Below are positions 22,332 to 31,981 of a DNA stretch of 64,000 nt, piece after piece; position 1 is the first letter of the stretch; every line of letters begins with the position of its first letter. The position numbers and the translations under genes were made by a program. Source of the stretch: a virus (Duplodnaviria > Caudoviricetes); the IMG/VR virus record IMGVR_UViG_3300025640_001000; one strand, given 5' to 3'. A model generated the notes under the pieces. It was not told where the DNA came from, did not search any database, and was given only the letters and a program-made list of their open reading frames with translations.

Positions 22332-22855
22332 ATAACTTTACTAAGCAAACAAAATGAATGAGTTTTATTCCAAGCAGAAGTTTGAATAAACTCGAATCCA
22401 GATTTGTTTAGTTCGTTGATTTTGTCCTGTAGCAAATATCCTTGAGAAATTTCATACTGAAAGCATTTGTATTGAAATTTTATAGGACTTGTTTTATCAC
22501 CGATCAACTGCAACTTAAAAACAAATGCAGCGGTTCCACTTTTTTCATTAACAATTCCCATTCTATCTGTATGCCAACCATATTCTCCCATGTCGTTCAT
22601 AGACTTTTCAGTTGATTTATTTGTGACCATCAACGAAAGCATCATGTATTGAAACCGTTGATTTTTTCGTCTGATTTGAAATGGAATTTCAGGATCCCAT
22701 GAATAATCAGGATCACCTGTTTTATAAATGTAGTTATCGAACGACTTTGCTTTTTTAATTGCTTCGTCAACTGTACGGAATTTTGTGCGAATCCAAGAAT
22801 CATTGTAACTTGAACTTGAACCTGAACTTGAACTTGATGAATTTCTGAATGCCAT
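22325..22855 (-). CDS. Hypothetical protein with a Ser-rich N-terminus and two short DUF4177-like repeats
   Basis: 176-aa ORF filling an otherwise empty gap; MNDMGEYGWH and INELNKSGFEF resemble the LNxxGxxGWE pattern. Only minus-strand gene in the window. Confidence 0.6.
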   Translation of the reverse strand: MAFRNSSSSSSGSSSSYNDSWIRTKFRTVDEAIKKAKSFDNYIYKTGDPDYSWDPEIPFQIRRKNQRFQYMMLSLMVTNKSTEKSMNDMGEYGWHTDRMGIVNEKSGTAAFVFKLQLIGDKTSPIKFQYKCFQYEISQGYLLQDKINELNKSGFEFIQTSAWNKTHSFCLLSKVIY

Positions 22856-22873
22856 GATTTGTAACGTATTTAC

Positions 22874-22881
22874 TACTTATA
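22874..22881 (+). promoter_or_regulatory. TACTTATA variant of the motif
   Basis: 3 nt before ATG 22885. Confidence 0.5.
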
Positions 22882-22884
22882 TAT

Positions 22885-23766
22885 ATGTTGGAAATGCCAA
22901 ACTTAATTCAATTGATACCAGAATCAAAAAAACTTATAGGAGCAACCATACCTGATTTATTAAATACTTTTTTAAATTTTGAAAACAAAGTGTTGATAAT
23001 GTTTGATGTTGAAACTCTTGGATTGAATCCTGGTTACGATTACGAACAGATCACCGAAATTGCCGCTTGTGCAATTTCGGGTGACAATATGCAAGAATTG
23101 AAAAAAATAAACTTTAAGGTTGAACTTTCCGAATCAGCAAAGGAACTGTTAGAAAACACAGATAGCATTCAAAGATTCAATTGGGAACGACGTCAGTCAA
23201 AGCGAGGAAAAACTGCGTTTACTGATCCAAACGAACTTTTAAAGATGACACACTATTATGAAATAAAAAGTAAATGTGAAACAGAAGAATTTGCTATAAA
23301 AAAGTTTTACGAGTTCGTTGAACAATATGAAGATGTCATTTTGGTTGCTCATAATGCAAACTTTGATGTGAGTTTTGTTCATATACGTGGCAATCAGTAT
23401 CAACTTAAATTCCCAACTACAACAATATTAGATACTCTTAGGTTATCTCAGTTTTTCTTTGTTCCTACGGTTGAAACACTTAAAACTTCAGTTGCAACCG
23501 AACTATATGAACGTTTATCTAGAAAAAACAGAAAACGAATTCATATTAGTTCTAGATTGGGGGATTTGGCAGACGCATTTAAAATAAATTCCGAGATGTG
23601 GCATTCTGCATCAGCAGACATTGACATGATGAATCAAGTTATGGTAAAAATTATAAAGTTTCTTGAAACCAACAAACAAACCAATATAAAACTTGCTCAA
23701 GAAAAAGCAATTTATAGAACATTAAAGAAAAAAAGAATACCAAGAAAACGAGGTGGCAACGGATAA
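22885..23766 (+). CDS. DEDDh 3'-5' exonuclease (DnaQ/RNase T superfamily)
   Basis: ExoI FDVETLG, ExoII VAHNANFD, ExoIII WHSASAD. Confidence 0.88.
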   Translation: MLEMPNLIQLIPESKKLIGATIPDLLNTFLNFENKVLIMFDVETLGLNPGYDYEQITEIAACAISGDNMQELKKINFKVELSESAKELLENTDSIQRFNWERRQSKRGKTAFTDPNELLKMTHYYEIKSKCETEEFAIKKFYEFVEQYEDVILVAHNANFDVSFVHIRGNQYQLKFPTTTILDTLRLSQFFFVPTVETLKTSVATELYERLSRKNRKRIHISSRLGDLADAFKINSEMWHSASADIDMMNQVMVKIIKFLETNKQTNIKLAQEKAIYRTLKKKRIPRKRGGNG

Positions 23767-23783
23767 TAATGTGATTTTGTATC

Positions 23784-23791
23784 TATTTATA
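23784..23791 (+). promoter_or_regulatory. TATTTATA putative late-promoter motif
   Basis: 4 nt before ATG 23796. Confidence 0.55.
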
Positions 23792-23795
23792 TGTG

Positions 23796-24179
23796 ATGGA
23801 TGAAAAAGAATCAGAATCTAGCAAAAAACAGCATTTGCTTCAAAAGCATGGCATATTAAGTGAATTTGATATTATCAGTGTAACTTCTTTAGAGTCGTTT
23901 ATGAACACATACGATAAAATAGCAAATTCGTCCGATGATATCTCAGAATTGGCAAATGTATCTAAACTTCTTACTAAAAATAAAAGTGAAATTCCTGGTT
24001 TCATCATTAAAAATTCCAAAACAAATACCGATGATAACCCTGAACTTAATAAAATAGCATATGCACTTATTGAGTTTATAATGAAAAAAACGCAAGACCC
24101 AAGTGATTGGGCATACATTTTAACTTTTGTGATCAACAAGTTGGGATTGGATTTTGAAGACGAGGATTTGGAAGAATAA
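23796..24179 (+). CDS. Hypothetical protein
   Basis: About 127-aa ORF after TATTTATA (GTG at 23793 or ATG at 23796); acidic C-terminus; no motif recognised. Confidence 0.65.
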   Translation: MDEKESESSKKQHLLQKHGILSEFDIISVTSLESFMNTYDKIANSSDDISELANVSKLLTKNKSEIPGFIIKNSKTNTDDNPELNKIAYALIEFIMKKTQDPSDWAYILTFVINKLGLDFEDEDLEE

Positions 24180-24190
24180 TATCAGGTGAA

Positions 24191-24499
24191 ATGAATTTAA
24201 TTATAGATGCAGAGTTAACAGAACCACCATCAGAGGTGTCTGTTTTTAGAGATGTTACTTTGTATTCTAGTGTTTTTTTGAATATGGAGGTGTTGTTGTT
24301 TTGTGAATCTGACATGAAAGATTTGTACTGGTATTGGTTAAAACAAAGAGGTGCTTTCGATTTCGTGGAAGACATTGTATGCAAACGAGTAGAACCAGGA
24401 TATATAATGGCAACCAAAGATGCGAATCTCCAAATAAAGTTTCTTCGTGTAGAGACATTAAATTTTGTTATACAAAGATTACAAAGATTAAAAAATTAG
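24191..24499 (+). CDS. Hypothetical protein, weakly HAD-like N-terminus
   Basis: 102-aa ORF with AGGTG just upstream; MNLIIDAELTEPP only loosely resembles HAD motif I. Confidence 0.55.
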   Translation: MNLIIDAELTEPPSEVSVFRDVTLYSSVFLNMEVLLFCESDMKDLYWYWLKQRGAFDFVEDIVCKRVEPGYIMATKDANLQIKFLRVETLNFVIQRLQRLKN

Positions 24500-24522
24500 T
24501 ACAGTAAATTCAATATATTCTA

Positions 24523-24530
24523 TATTTATA
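24523..24530 (+). promoter_or_regulatory. TATTTATA putative late-promoter motif
   Basis: 5 nt before ATG 24536. Confidence 0.55.
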
Positions 24531-24535
24531 GTGTA

Positions 24536-25804
24536 ATGGCAACAATTAGTTCAAAATTTCAGTATGTTTGGTATGGCACGTGTGAGTCAGAACGTTGTGA
24601 CGATGTTCTGTTTGATAATTGGTATGAAATGAAAGATGAACTTGAAAGTGCGGTAGTCGAAATTTCAACTTATGAAGAAGGTGAGTTTAAATCATATTCT
24701 CCATCAGTAGCAAATTCTACTTCATCTTCATCTGATGACAAACCAAACACATTACTCGGATTGCGATGTGGACATATGTATTTGTTTACATTAAAAACAA
24801 ATAAAAGTATAACAATACCAAATACATACGTTTCGGGCCCTTTATCTAAAGTTTTGAAGTATGGTGCATCCGAAACTTGCTCAACAATAAGTGATGCAGA
24901 TTTACTTGGATGTGGTGGTCAAGATTATACTACATTCTACATGAACGATGCAGTTGTTGGAAATTGGACTCAACCTGACGGCACCGAATCAGTTAGTTCT
25001 CATAAAACTGCGATTTATACAAATGTTGCCGGAGAAATTTACACAGGATCACTTGGATTCAGTGAAAAACCGTCTGACGAGTCGGGTTATACATTGCTTA
25101 CCGAGTTGATTTGGTATCAAAGTAATGCTTCGGATCAAAATTCTTATATTTCAATTAAACTTGATGATTATGAAAAAACTGCATCAGGTGCATCAACAAC
25201 TCCGATAAATGTCGTTAATTTGACATTAAATGGAAAAACAATTGCGTGGTTTACCATCAATGGAGGCATAACAGAATCAACTCAAATTTATTATTTTGAA
25301 AATGCTTCTTGTTATCGTGGTAAAATATCTCCAGATGACTTTATACCAGACGCTGAAAATGGATTTGCAGGTAGAGTAAACGTATTACTCGGAACAGAGC
25401 AAGCAATTCATACATGGCCAGAACTTTGTACGTTCAGAGATCCGAATGAAGATGCAGAATCAGAAACTGCAATAACATTTGATGCATTTAATGTTAGCAG
25501 TTCTCCAAATGAAGATAACACACGAAGTGATATTGAATTGAGTCAATTTGTTTGGAAGGGTGTGTTACAACTTCCACCCGAACAAACTGGTACTGATGCG
25601 GTAACATTAGAATCTCCGAAAGTTATTACTGTGAAAAGTGAATCGGGTGCTGAATTAGGACGAGTTAAATATTTAAGACACGAACCTGTAAAAATAAATG
25701 ATAAAGTGTTTATGTATTTTTATGTAGAAAGTGGTCCACTTGATGGAAACTGCTTGTTTGGTGTGGTGAATAATGATGAATGTATATTAAGGGGTGTTAA
25801 TTAA
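24536..25804 (+). CDS. Module A plus two divergent module B copies
   Basis: YVWYGTCESERC...LRCGHMYLF...TIP; IYYFENASCYRGKI; GNCLFGVVNNDECIL. Confidence 0.7.
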   Translation: MATISSKFQYVWYGTCESERCDDVLFDNWYEMKDELESAVVEISTYEEGEFKSYSPSVANSTSSSSDDKPNTLLGLRCGHMYLFTLKTNKSITIPNTYVSGPLSKVLKYGASETCSTISDADLLGCGGQDYTTFYMNDAVVGNWTQPDGTESVSSHKTAIYTNVAGEIYTGSLGFSEKPSDESGYTLLTELIWYQSNASDQNSYISIKLDDYEKTASGASTTPINVVNLTLNGKTIAWFTINGGITESTQIYYFENASCYRGKISPDDFIPDAENGFAGRVNVLLGTEQAIHTWPELCTFRDPNEDAESETAITFDAFNVSSSPNEDNTRSDIELSQFVWKGVLQLPPEQTGTDAVTLESPKVITVKSESGAELGRVKYLRHEPVKINDKVFMYFYVESGPLDGNCLFGVVNNDECILRGVN

Positions 25805-25805
25805 A

Positions 25806-26537
25806 ATGGGAACAATAAATAATTTACATCAAATGGGTTGGTATGGTTCTTGTGGATTTGAACAAGAATGTGAAGATTTTTATATGGTCAATTTAGACAA
25901 CGCAAGTCGCGAAAATCTTGACTCAGTTGTTAGAACACATGATATATCAAATGGAAGAACATTCACCAAATTTACTGCATACGACTTACATGATAGTAAT
26001 ATCGCAAGTAAAATTGGTGGGGAAACAAATCGTTCAGTTAATTTTGATTCGTATTTCAATTATACATTTGAAAGTATGGAATGTGGTTCAGGATATACAG
26101 TTCATTTATCACAATCAAGAAATTCATCAGGAGCAAGTTCCGTTGAAATTGAAAACTTTAATGTAGCAGATGGTACATCATTTGTATCAAACGATTGTTC
26201 TAATGTAGTTGCTTCACCGTGTACAACTGATGGTTATTTGTCAATGATGGCAAATTCCACAAATACGGTTGAAATAACCGGAGTTGCAACTTTGATAACA
26301 AAGGATATTCAACTTGAAGGAACATTCTTTATTCCACCAAGAGATTCATCTGCTAGTTATTTACCGAAATCAATTGATGTTTCAATAGATGGTGGTTATT
26401 TTGCAACAATAACATACAATGGTGATTGGGACACAAGCATGGGTTCAATCATTTACTTTAAAACAGACACAGATTTGTGTTATAGTGGTGCAATTGCACC
26501 GGAAACAAATCAAGTTACTTTAACTTTAACTAATTAA
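25806..26537 (+). CDS. Minimal module A + module B protein
   Basis: ATG at 25806; MGWYGSCGFEQEC...MECGSGY; IYFKTDTDLCYSGAI. Confidence 0.7.
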   Translation: MGTINNLHQMGWYGSCGFEQECEDFYMVNLDNASRENLDSVVRTHDISNGRTFTKFTAYDLHDSNIASKIGGETNRSVNFDSYFNYTFESMECGSGYTVHLSQSRNSSGASSVEIENFNVADGTSFVSNDCSNVVASPCTTDGYLSMMANSTNTVEITGVATLITKDIQLEGTFFIPPRDSSASYLPKSIDVSIDGGYFATITYNGDWDTSMGSIIYFKTDTDLCYSGAIAPETNQVTLTLTN

Positions 26538-26552
26538 TGGGGTGAACAGAAA

Positions 26553-27881
26553 ATGATATTAAACAGAAGAATAAATTTAATTTGGTATGGTCGTGGAAAT
26601 ATAGAAAATGAGTGTGTTGCATTTGCGTTGCATAATGTTACAGAAGTATCAAATGCAATATCTGACGTGTATTGTGTAACAGACGGAGGTTCAAGTAACA
26701 CATTTCAAGAAAACACATGGAAGACATCAAAACCAAGTCAATTAGCCGGATTCACAGAATTGAAATGTGGAAATCTTTATGTGGTTGTATTGAATGATGG
26801 AGCAACTATTGATATTCCTGAAGCAGTTGTTGTTTATGGTGGTGAATCAGTGAATCCTGCTGATATAGTTAGTGTTCTTCCGAATAACGATGGTGGAACT
26901 AATCCAGGTCCTGATCCTGAACCACCAACGGGAATTTGTGGTCCTGTAGGTCACGATGAAATTGTAGTTATTGCTGGTTCGGGTGACGCCTACAACGCAA
27001 ACTTCAATCACAAAACTAATTCACAAATCTCAGCAGTAGCAACAATTACTCCAACTGCTGGTATGGTAGACAGTGCCTCGGATATTAAATTTTATTTTCC
27101 AACGAGTATGTTGACTAAAAACGATAGTCTTGGAAGTTATACTTTCTCTTTAGACGACAGTGAAATTATGTCTATGGATACAGAAATCAATTTAGCAGGT
27201 GCAGATTTTTATATATCAATAAACTCTGTGGTACCTGCTTTTAGTGGTTGTTATAAAACTACAGGTAATATTTCAGGACCTGATCCTTATCCAATTGAAA
27301 AAGTAGGTGAAACCGATGAGAGAACACCAACCCCATCTCCTTCGCATACGGTAACTCCAGATGTTCCCGTGGATGCACAAGCAACTTGTTTTGCGGACAA
27401 TGCAGCGGAATACAAAATGGTATACGAAGCAGCGTCCAATGCAACTGCCGAAACTCTGGTAACGACTGATAATGTTAAAGTTTACAAGAAGGGTAGTGCA
27501 GATGCCCTAGGCGATGCAGGATCCAACAATTCGGATTTAGCCGCAACTATGTTGCGTGATGAGATGATAGGAAAGGCTGCGAGTGACGGTGCTAACAGTA
27601 AACACTCGTTTTGTATTTGGTTTAATGTAGAACTTGTAGATAATGCAAACGACCCGAATGATGATGTCATTCTAAGTGCTACGAGTACGGGTAACGGGAT
27701 TACAACTGGGGATACACTTGTCGTTGCAAACGGCACACTGGTGAAGGATTTGAATAACGGGTCCAACAAGTATGGAAAATTTGTTTTGGTAAATACTCCG
27801 AAGATTTATGTAAATTCCGAAACTCCATCCTGTGTAACCACATCAGACGACGGTGACGGTGTGGTATCGTTTAACTTCTAA
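26553..27881 (+). CDS. Module A, divergent module B, PT linker, unknown C-terminal domain
   Basis: INLIWYGRG...ELKCGNLYVVVL...DIP; SGCYKTTG; [10 protein letters not shown]. Confidence 0.7.
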   Translation: MILNRRINLIWYGRGNIENECVAFALHNVTEVSNAISDVYCVTDGGSSNTFQENTWKTSKPSQLAGFTELKCGNLYVVVLNDGATIDIPEAVVVYGGESVNPADIVSVLPNNDGGTNPGPDPEPPTGICGPVGHDEIVVIAGSGDAYNANFNHKTNSQISAVATITPTAGMVDSASDIKFYFPTSMLTKNDSLGSYTFSLDDSEIMSMDTEINLAGADFYISINSVVPAFSGCYKTTGNISGPDPYPIEKVGETDERTPTPSPSHTVTPDVPVDAQATCFADNAAEYKMVYEAASNATAETLVTTDNVKVYKKGSADALGDAGSNNSDLAATMLRDEMIGKAASDGANSKHSFCIWFNVELVDNANDPNDDVILSATSTGNGITTGDTLVVANGTLVKDLNNGSNKYGKFVLVNTPKIYVNSETPSCVTTSDDGDGVVSFNF

Positions 27882-27901
27882 TTGAGTTAGCATGATTTGC
27901 A

Positions 27902-30900
27902 ATGACTGCACAACACGGTACAACAACTACAAGTAGTATAGGTTGGTACGGCAGTTATTCAGATGAATCAGGTGATTATTGCGAACCGTTTGACCAAGAA
28001 TTATACGAATCTCAATTAAGACACTTTATTCTTGTAGGATCAACGGGTAAACCATCTCGTTTGTTTTCCGAAAGTCAACATCCATGTGGATCAGCAAGTT
28101 TTGTTTATAGCAGAAAACATGAAGCAGTTGTTATTCCTGATTATCATGCAGGATACATCAATGAAGCAGACTCTGGTAGAGTTCGTCCAAAAACAAAATA
28201 TACTCTTGAATTTGAATTGCAAGGTTTAACTGATGATTTTTACGGTGCCAATGCAACAATCGATTCAAAATACAAAATTACCAACACGATAATCAATCGT
28301 AAACCTGTTTACAAAAAGTTATTTGAGGATTGGTTCATATTTTTTGATCAAGACCGACTGAGGTATGTTCTTGCCAACGGATTAATTGATTACAACAACT
28401 TTTTAGTTGGTGAAATACAAAGACCCAACGGAATATATCGTTCGTTGTTGGATGATGACCAAATTGGAATTTCAGAAGGAGTAGAAGAGTTCGCAGAAAA
28501 AACAACGTGTGAAGTGGATATACAATATCAAGTACGAACTGTATCTGGTGCATATTTTCCGAAAAAATACAAAGAGTATTTTGAAACATCTGAAATAAAA
28601 GGTTCTGCGAACAGAACCATTTCAGAAAATACTCATTTAGCATCTTCTTGTTTTCTTGATGTTAAAAAGTTAGAACTTTCCACCGAAATCGGTCGTGGAT
28701 TTGGTTCAACTGTTTCACCTAAGTTTACTCAAGAATTTGAAACAGATTGCACAAATTCAGGAACTTTAAAAATTTCATATGAAGCAGATGTTGATCCCAA
28801 TTGTGATGTAACCGCAGTTGAAATTGAGCATATAAATGAAGGTGAACGTATTGTAAATTTGGTGGAACGATACGATGCAAATTATACAACCACTTCATTG
28901 AGTGTAGATGAGGTTGTCAACAACAAAACGATGTATCTTGGAGACAATCCTCCAACAATTACACAAAATTCAAACGGACAAAAATCGTTTTTGTTTGACG
29001 GAACAAATTGTTTTAAAATCAGTTCTTTGTATGCTCAAAATGCAGTAAACAACGAAGAATTTTCAATATTCTTAAAATATAAACCTGCAACTGAATCACA
29101 AACAGGTGTATTAATGTCTAGGTGGCAAATCAACGAAGCATCAACTATCAATTTAAAATCAACTCATCTTGTATACACACACAAACTTCAAACTTACAAA
29201 AATACCAACATTTACTCACTTGATAAACCAACAAAAGATGTTTGGCATAATTTACTGATAACATACAACCAATCCACCACCACCGATAATCTGCAAATTT
29301 ATTTGGATGATCAAACTGCAATTCCATTTGATACAACTTCAGAAGAATTTAAAGATAGTGATTTACCATTTGTAATTGGTGGTTTTTTGTCAAACAATGG
29401 AACTTTAAAAAATGGTTACATTGGAGAAATAAATGATATACGATTTTACGACAGACAACTTACAATAGAAGAAAAACAACAATTATTTTCCGGAATCGAT
29501 TACGATTCGACTCGTCAAACTTACAATATTCCTGAAACATTCAATAAAACTGAGTACGAGCATTTGTTTTACGAAAACACAGAAACTCTTGTTAGTGAAA
29601 CAGATTTTAGTCTTCCTGTAGATATACAAATAAAAGAAATGCACTCAATTGATGATATAACTGCGATAAGTTACATGGAAAACGACAAATTGCAGTTGGA
29701 ATTTTTTCACGATGGAACAAGTTCGTATAAACGAACAACTGCATATCCAGAAGCAACTAAATTTAAGATCACGTCTGATAAAATATTTGTTTGTTATACA
29801 AATCATTTGTTTATATTAAATTTAAATAAATCAGAATCAGGTGCAGTTTCTGGAATCAGTTCATTTACAGAATTAACTTCTTATATTCACAATGATTTTT
29901 TTGATGTATCTGCAAGTGGAAAATTTGTATTTGTTACCAGATACATAGACGGAGAAAAAATTGCGACAAGTTATTTGCTAACGGGATCAACTCTTACTCC
30001 AGTATCATTTTCGGGAGACATTTCAAATGTAACTGATTTTTGTACACTTGATGAATTTGTGTTGATTACGTTGAGTGGAAAAACCATGATATTATATAAA
30101 GAACTTGATGACATTTATGAAATCAAGTGGTTACAGGATATACAAGAACCAGAAACGATAATCAAAAGTAAAATTATATCATGCGTTCAAGATGAAAAAA
30201 CCAAGTATTTTATTGCAAGTAGATACGAAACAAATGATTTAAGAAGTTATTCATCACGATTCAAGTCATCCACTTATATCAAAAATAACGTCGGAATTCT
30301 TAAATTAAGAAAAATCAATGAATCTTTGACTAAAATAAATGGTTATGAAATCGAAGAAACTCCGTTTCAAGTAATCTGCCCTCCGTATGATGTTCATGGC
30401 AACGGATTTTTAAATACAAAAATGTTTGGAGATCAACTTGGATTTTATGATAACTTTTTAGTTGTTGCTACTCCTGGATATAAATCGTGGTGTTATCAAC
30501 TTACATCTGATTCTCAGTATGTATTTGTTACTGCATTAAAATCTTTGACGATTGATGGGTCATTTGTAAATTCATTGAAAAACTCAATTCTGATAAACAC
30601 TAAAACAATTGGAAACGAAGCAGCTTTCTTTAACAACCGAGACAAACTTGGTAGTTTTTCATTCACATCAAAAAGTAACAGTGAACTTCTTTTGCATAAA
30701 CAAACTAAATTGCCGTTTACTGAATACGGACAAAAATTAAAAACATGGTTTCGTTTTGGTGATGATTATGTCAACAACGATGAAAAGTTTGTGATGTTGG
30801 ACCGATCAGGAAACTACAATCATCTTAATTGTTATTTTAAAAATTCAGATAATACATTTGTTTCTCCGTTTGATAATCGTTTCGTGGGACCAACCGAAGG

Positions 30901-31411
30901 AGATTCATCTATCTTTTTGAGTGGAAACACTAGAATGGATTTTTCATGTTCACTTGAAAACAAAAGTTTTTCAATTAATGTTTGGTATATGCCAACTCAA
31001 TTAAACACAGGAACAGAATACAATGTGGTAATATCTTCAAAATATGAAGCATCTGATACAGAAACTGGATTTTGTATATTGGCAGATGGAAGAACCAAGT
31101 CAGGAGATACTATTTTAGAACCAACACCATCGGTAACTAATGTATACGAATGGGTAATGGTAACTGTGTGCTATAATCACGAAGCAAAACGATTGAATCA
31201 TTATGTAAATTCAATTCCATCTGTGTGGTATGATGATGTTGATATTTCACTTGATGATGACATTTTTAGAATCGGAAGAGAATTCGAAACAAATGATACT
31301 AATGGATACATTGGGTATTTAGATGATATCAAAATATACGATACATTGTTAACTCCAACTGAGATTCAGAGTGAGTATAAAAAAAGTTGGAAATATGAAT
31401 GGTTACAGTGA
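27902..31411 (+). CDS. Degenerate module A, KPVY module, two LamG domains flanking a possible propeller
   Basis: IGWYGSY...YCEPF...PCG...VIP; INRKPVYK; WHNLLITY...YIGEINDIRFYDRQL; WVMVTVCY...YIGYLDDIKIYDTLL. Confidence 0.75.
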   Translation: MTAQHGTTTTSSIGWYGSYSDESGDYCEPFDQELYESQLRHFILVGSTGKPSRLFSESQHPCGSASFVYSRKHEAVVIPDYHAGYINEADSGRVRPKTKYTLEFELQGLTDDFYGANATIDSKYKITNTIINRKPVYKKLFEDWFIFFDQDRLRYVLANGLIDYNNFLVGEIQRPNGIYRSLLDDDQIGISEGVEEFAEKTTCEVDIQYQVRTVSGAYFPKKYKEYFETSEIKGSANRTISENTHLASSCFLDVKKLELSTEIGRGFGSTVSPKFTQEFETDCTNSGTLKISYEADVDPNCDVTAVEIEHINEGERIVNLVERYDANYTTTSLSVDEVVNNKTMYLGDNPPTITQNSNGQKSFLFDGTNCFKISSLYAQNAVNNEEFSIFLKYKPATESQTGVLMSRWQINEASTINLKSTHLVYTHKLQTYKNTNIYSLDKPTKDVWHNLLITYNQSTTTDNLQIYLDDQTAIPFDTTSEEFKDSDLPFVIGGFLSNNGTLKNGYIGEINDIRFYDRQLTIEEKQQLFSGIDYDSTRQTYNIPETFNKTEYEHLFYENTETLVSETDFSLPVDIQIKEMHSIDDITAISYMENDKLQLEFFHDGTSSYKRTTAYPEATKFKITSDKIFVCYTNHLFILNLNKSESGAVSGISSFTELTSYIHNDFFDVSASGKFVFVTRYIDGEKIATSYLLTGSTLTPVSFSGDISNVTDFCTLDEFVLITLSGKTMILYKELDDIYEIKWLQDIQEPETIIKSKIISCVQDEKTKYFIASRYETNDLRSYSSRFKSSTYIKNNVGILKLRKINESLTKINGYEIEETPFQVICPPYDVHGNGFLNTKMFGDQLGFYDNFLVVATPGYKSWCYQLTSDSQYVFVTALKSLTIDGSFVNSLKNSILINTKTIGNEAAFFNNRDKLGSFSFTSKSNSELLLHKQTKLPFTEYGQKLKTWFRFGDDYVNNDEKFVMLDRSGNYNHLNCYFKNSDNTFVSPFDNRFVGPTEGDSSIFLSGNTRMDFSCSLENKSFSINVWYMPTQLNTGTEYNVVISSKYEASDTETGFCILADGRTKSGDTILEPTPSVTNVYEWVMVTVCYNHEAKRLNHYVNSIPSVWYDDVDISLDDDIFRIGREFETNDTNGYIGYLDDIKIYDTLLTPTEIQSEYKKSWKYEWLQ

Positions 31412-31456
31412 TTCAACTGAAGAACAAAAAAACAAGCAAAAACCAATAAAATATTA

Positions 31457-31464
31457 TACTTATA
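31457..31464 (+). promoter_or_regulatory. TACTTATA variant of the motif
   Basis: Upstream of the RBS and ATG 31483. Confidence 0.5.
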
Positions 31465-31482
31465 AATAAAGGAGTTTTACTT

Positions 31483-31977
31483 ATGGCAATTATTACATCA
31501 AGATATGCATTGGGTTGGTACGGAATATCGTATGCCTCAAATGACACATTGTGTTCAGAATTTAATTTAACGAAAAACATTGGAAGTTACAAAATGACTA
31601 ACAATGGAGGAAATTGGACAAAAACTTTTGTACGTGGAACATCACTTCCTGCAAGTGCAACTGAAGAAGTTGTTAATGGTTTGCTTATTTTTGGATACTC
31701 TTCCACAGGTGCACCTTGGGTTTGGAGTTTGCAAAAAGAAGAATCTGCTTTTTATGATCCAGAAAGTCCATTTGTTTCATCTGATCAAGCAGGCCAACCA
31801 TTTCGTGGAGGAATTGCATTCACCAAAAATGATGAAGGTGACGCAATTCTTGCGTGTGGAAGAATGTACTTTATTATCAACAATCGTAGTCTTGAGTTTG
31901 ATATACCAGGATTTGTTCCGAGTGCAGACGGAGTTGATATGGGAAGAATTGATACAACCAATAAAAGTGTTAAATAA
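31483..31977 (+). CDS. Stand-alone module A protein with internal insertion
   Basis: AAGGAG RBS; ALGWYGI...LCSEFNL...LACGRMYFII...DIPGF...MGRI. Confidence 0.75.
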   Translation: MAIITSRYALGWYGISYASNDTLCSEFNLTKNIGSYKMTNNGGNWTKTFVRGTSLPASATEEVVNGLLIFGYSSTGAPWVWSLQKEESAFYDPESPFVSSDQAGQPFRGGIAFTKNDEGDAILACGRMYFIINNRSLEFDIPGFVPSADGVDMGRIDTTNKSVK

Positions 31978-31981
31978 TTAG

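Noticed and set aside
31461-31468. T4-type late promoter TATAAATA
   Set aside because: I noticed it only once in an intergenic sense position, and it overlaps the recurrent TACTTATA motif.
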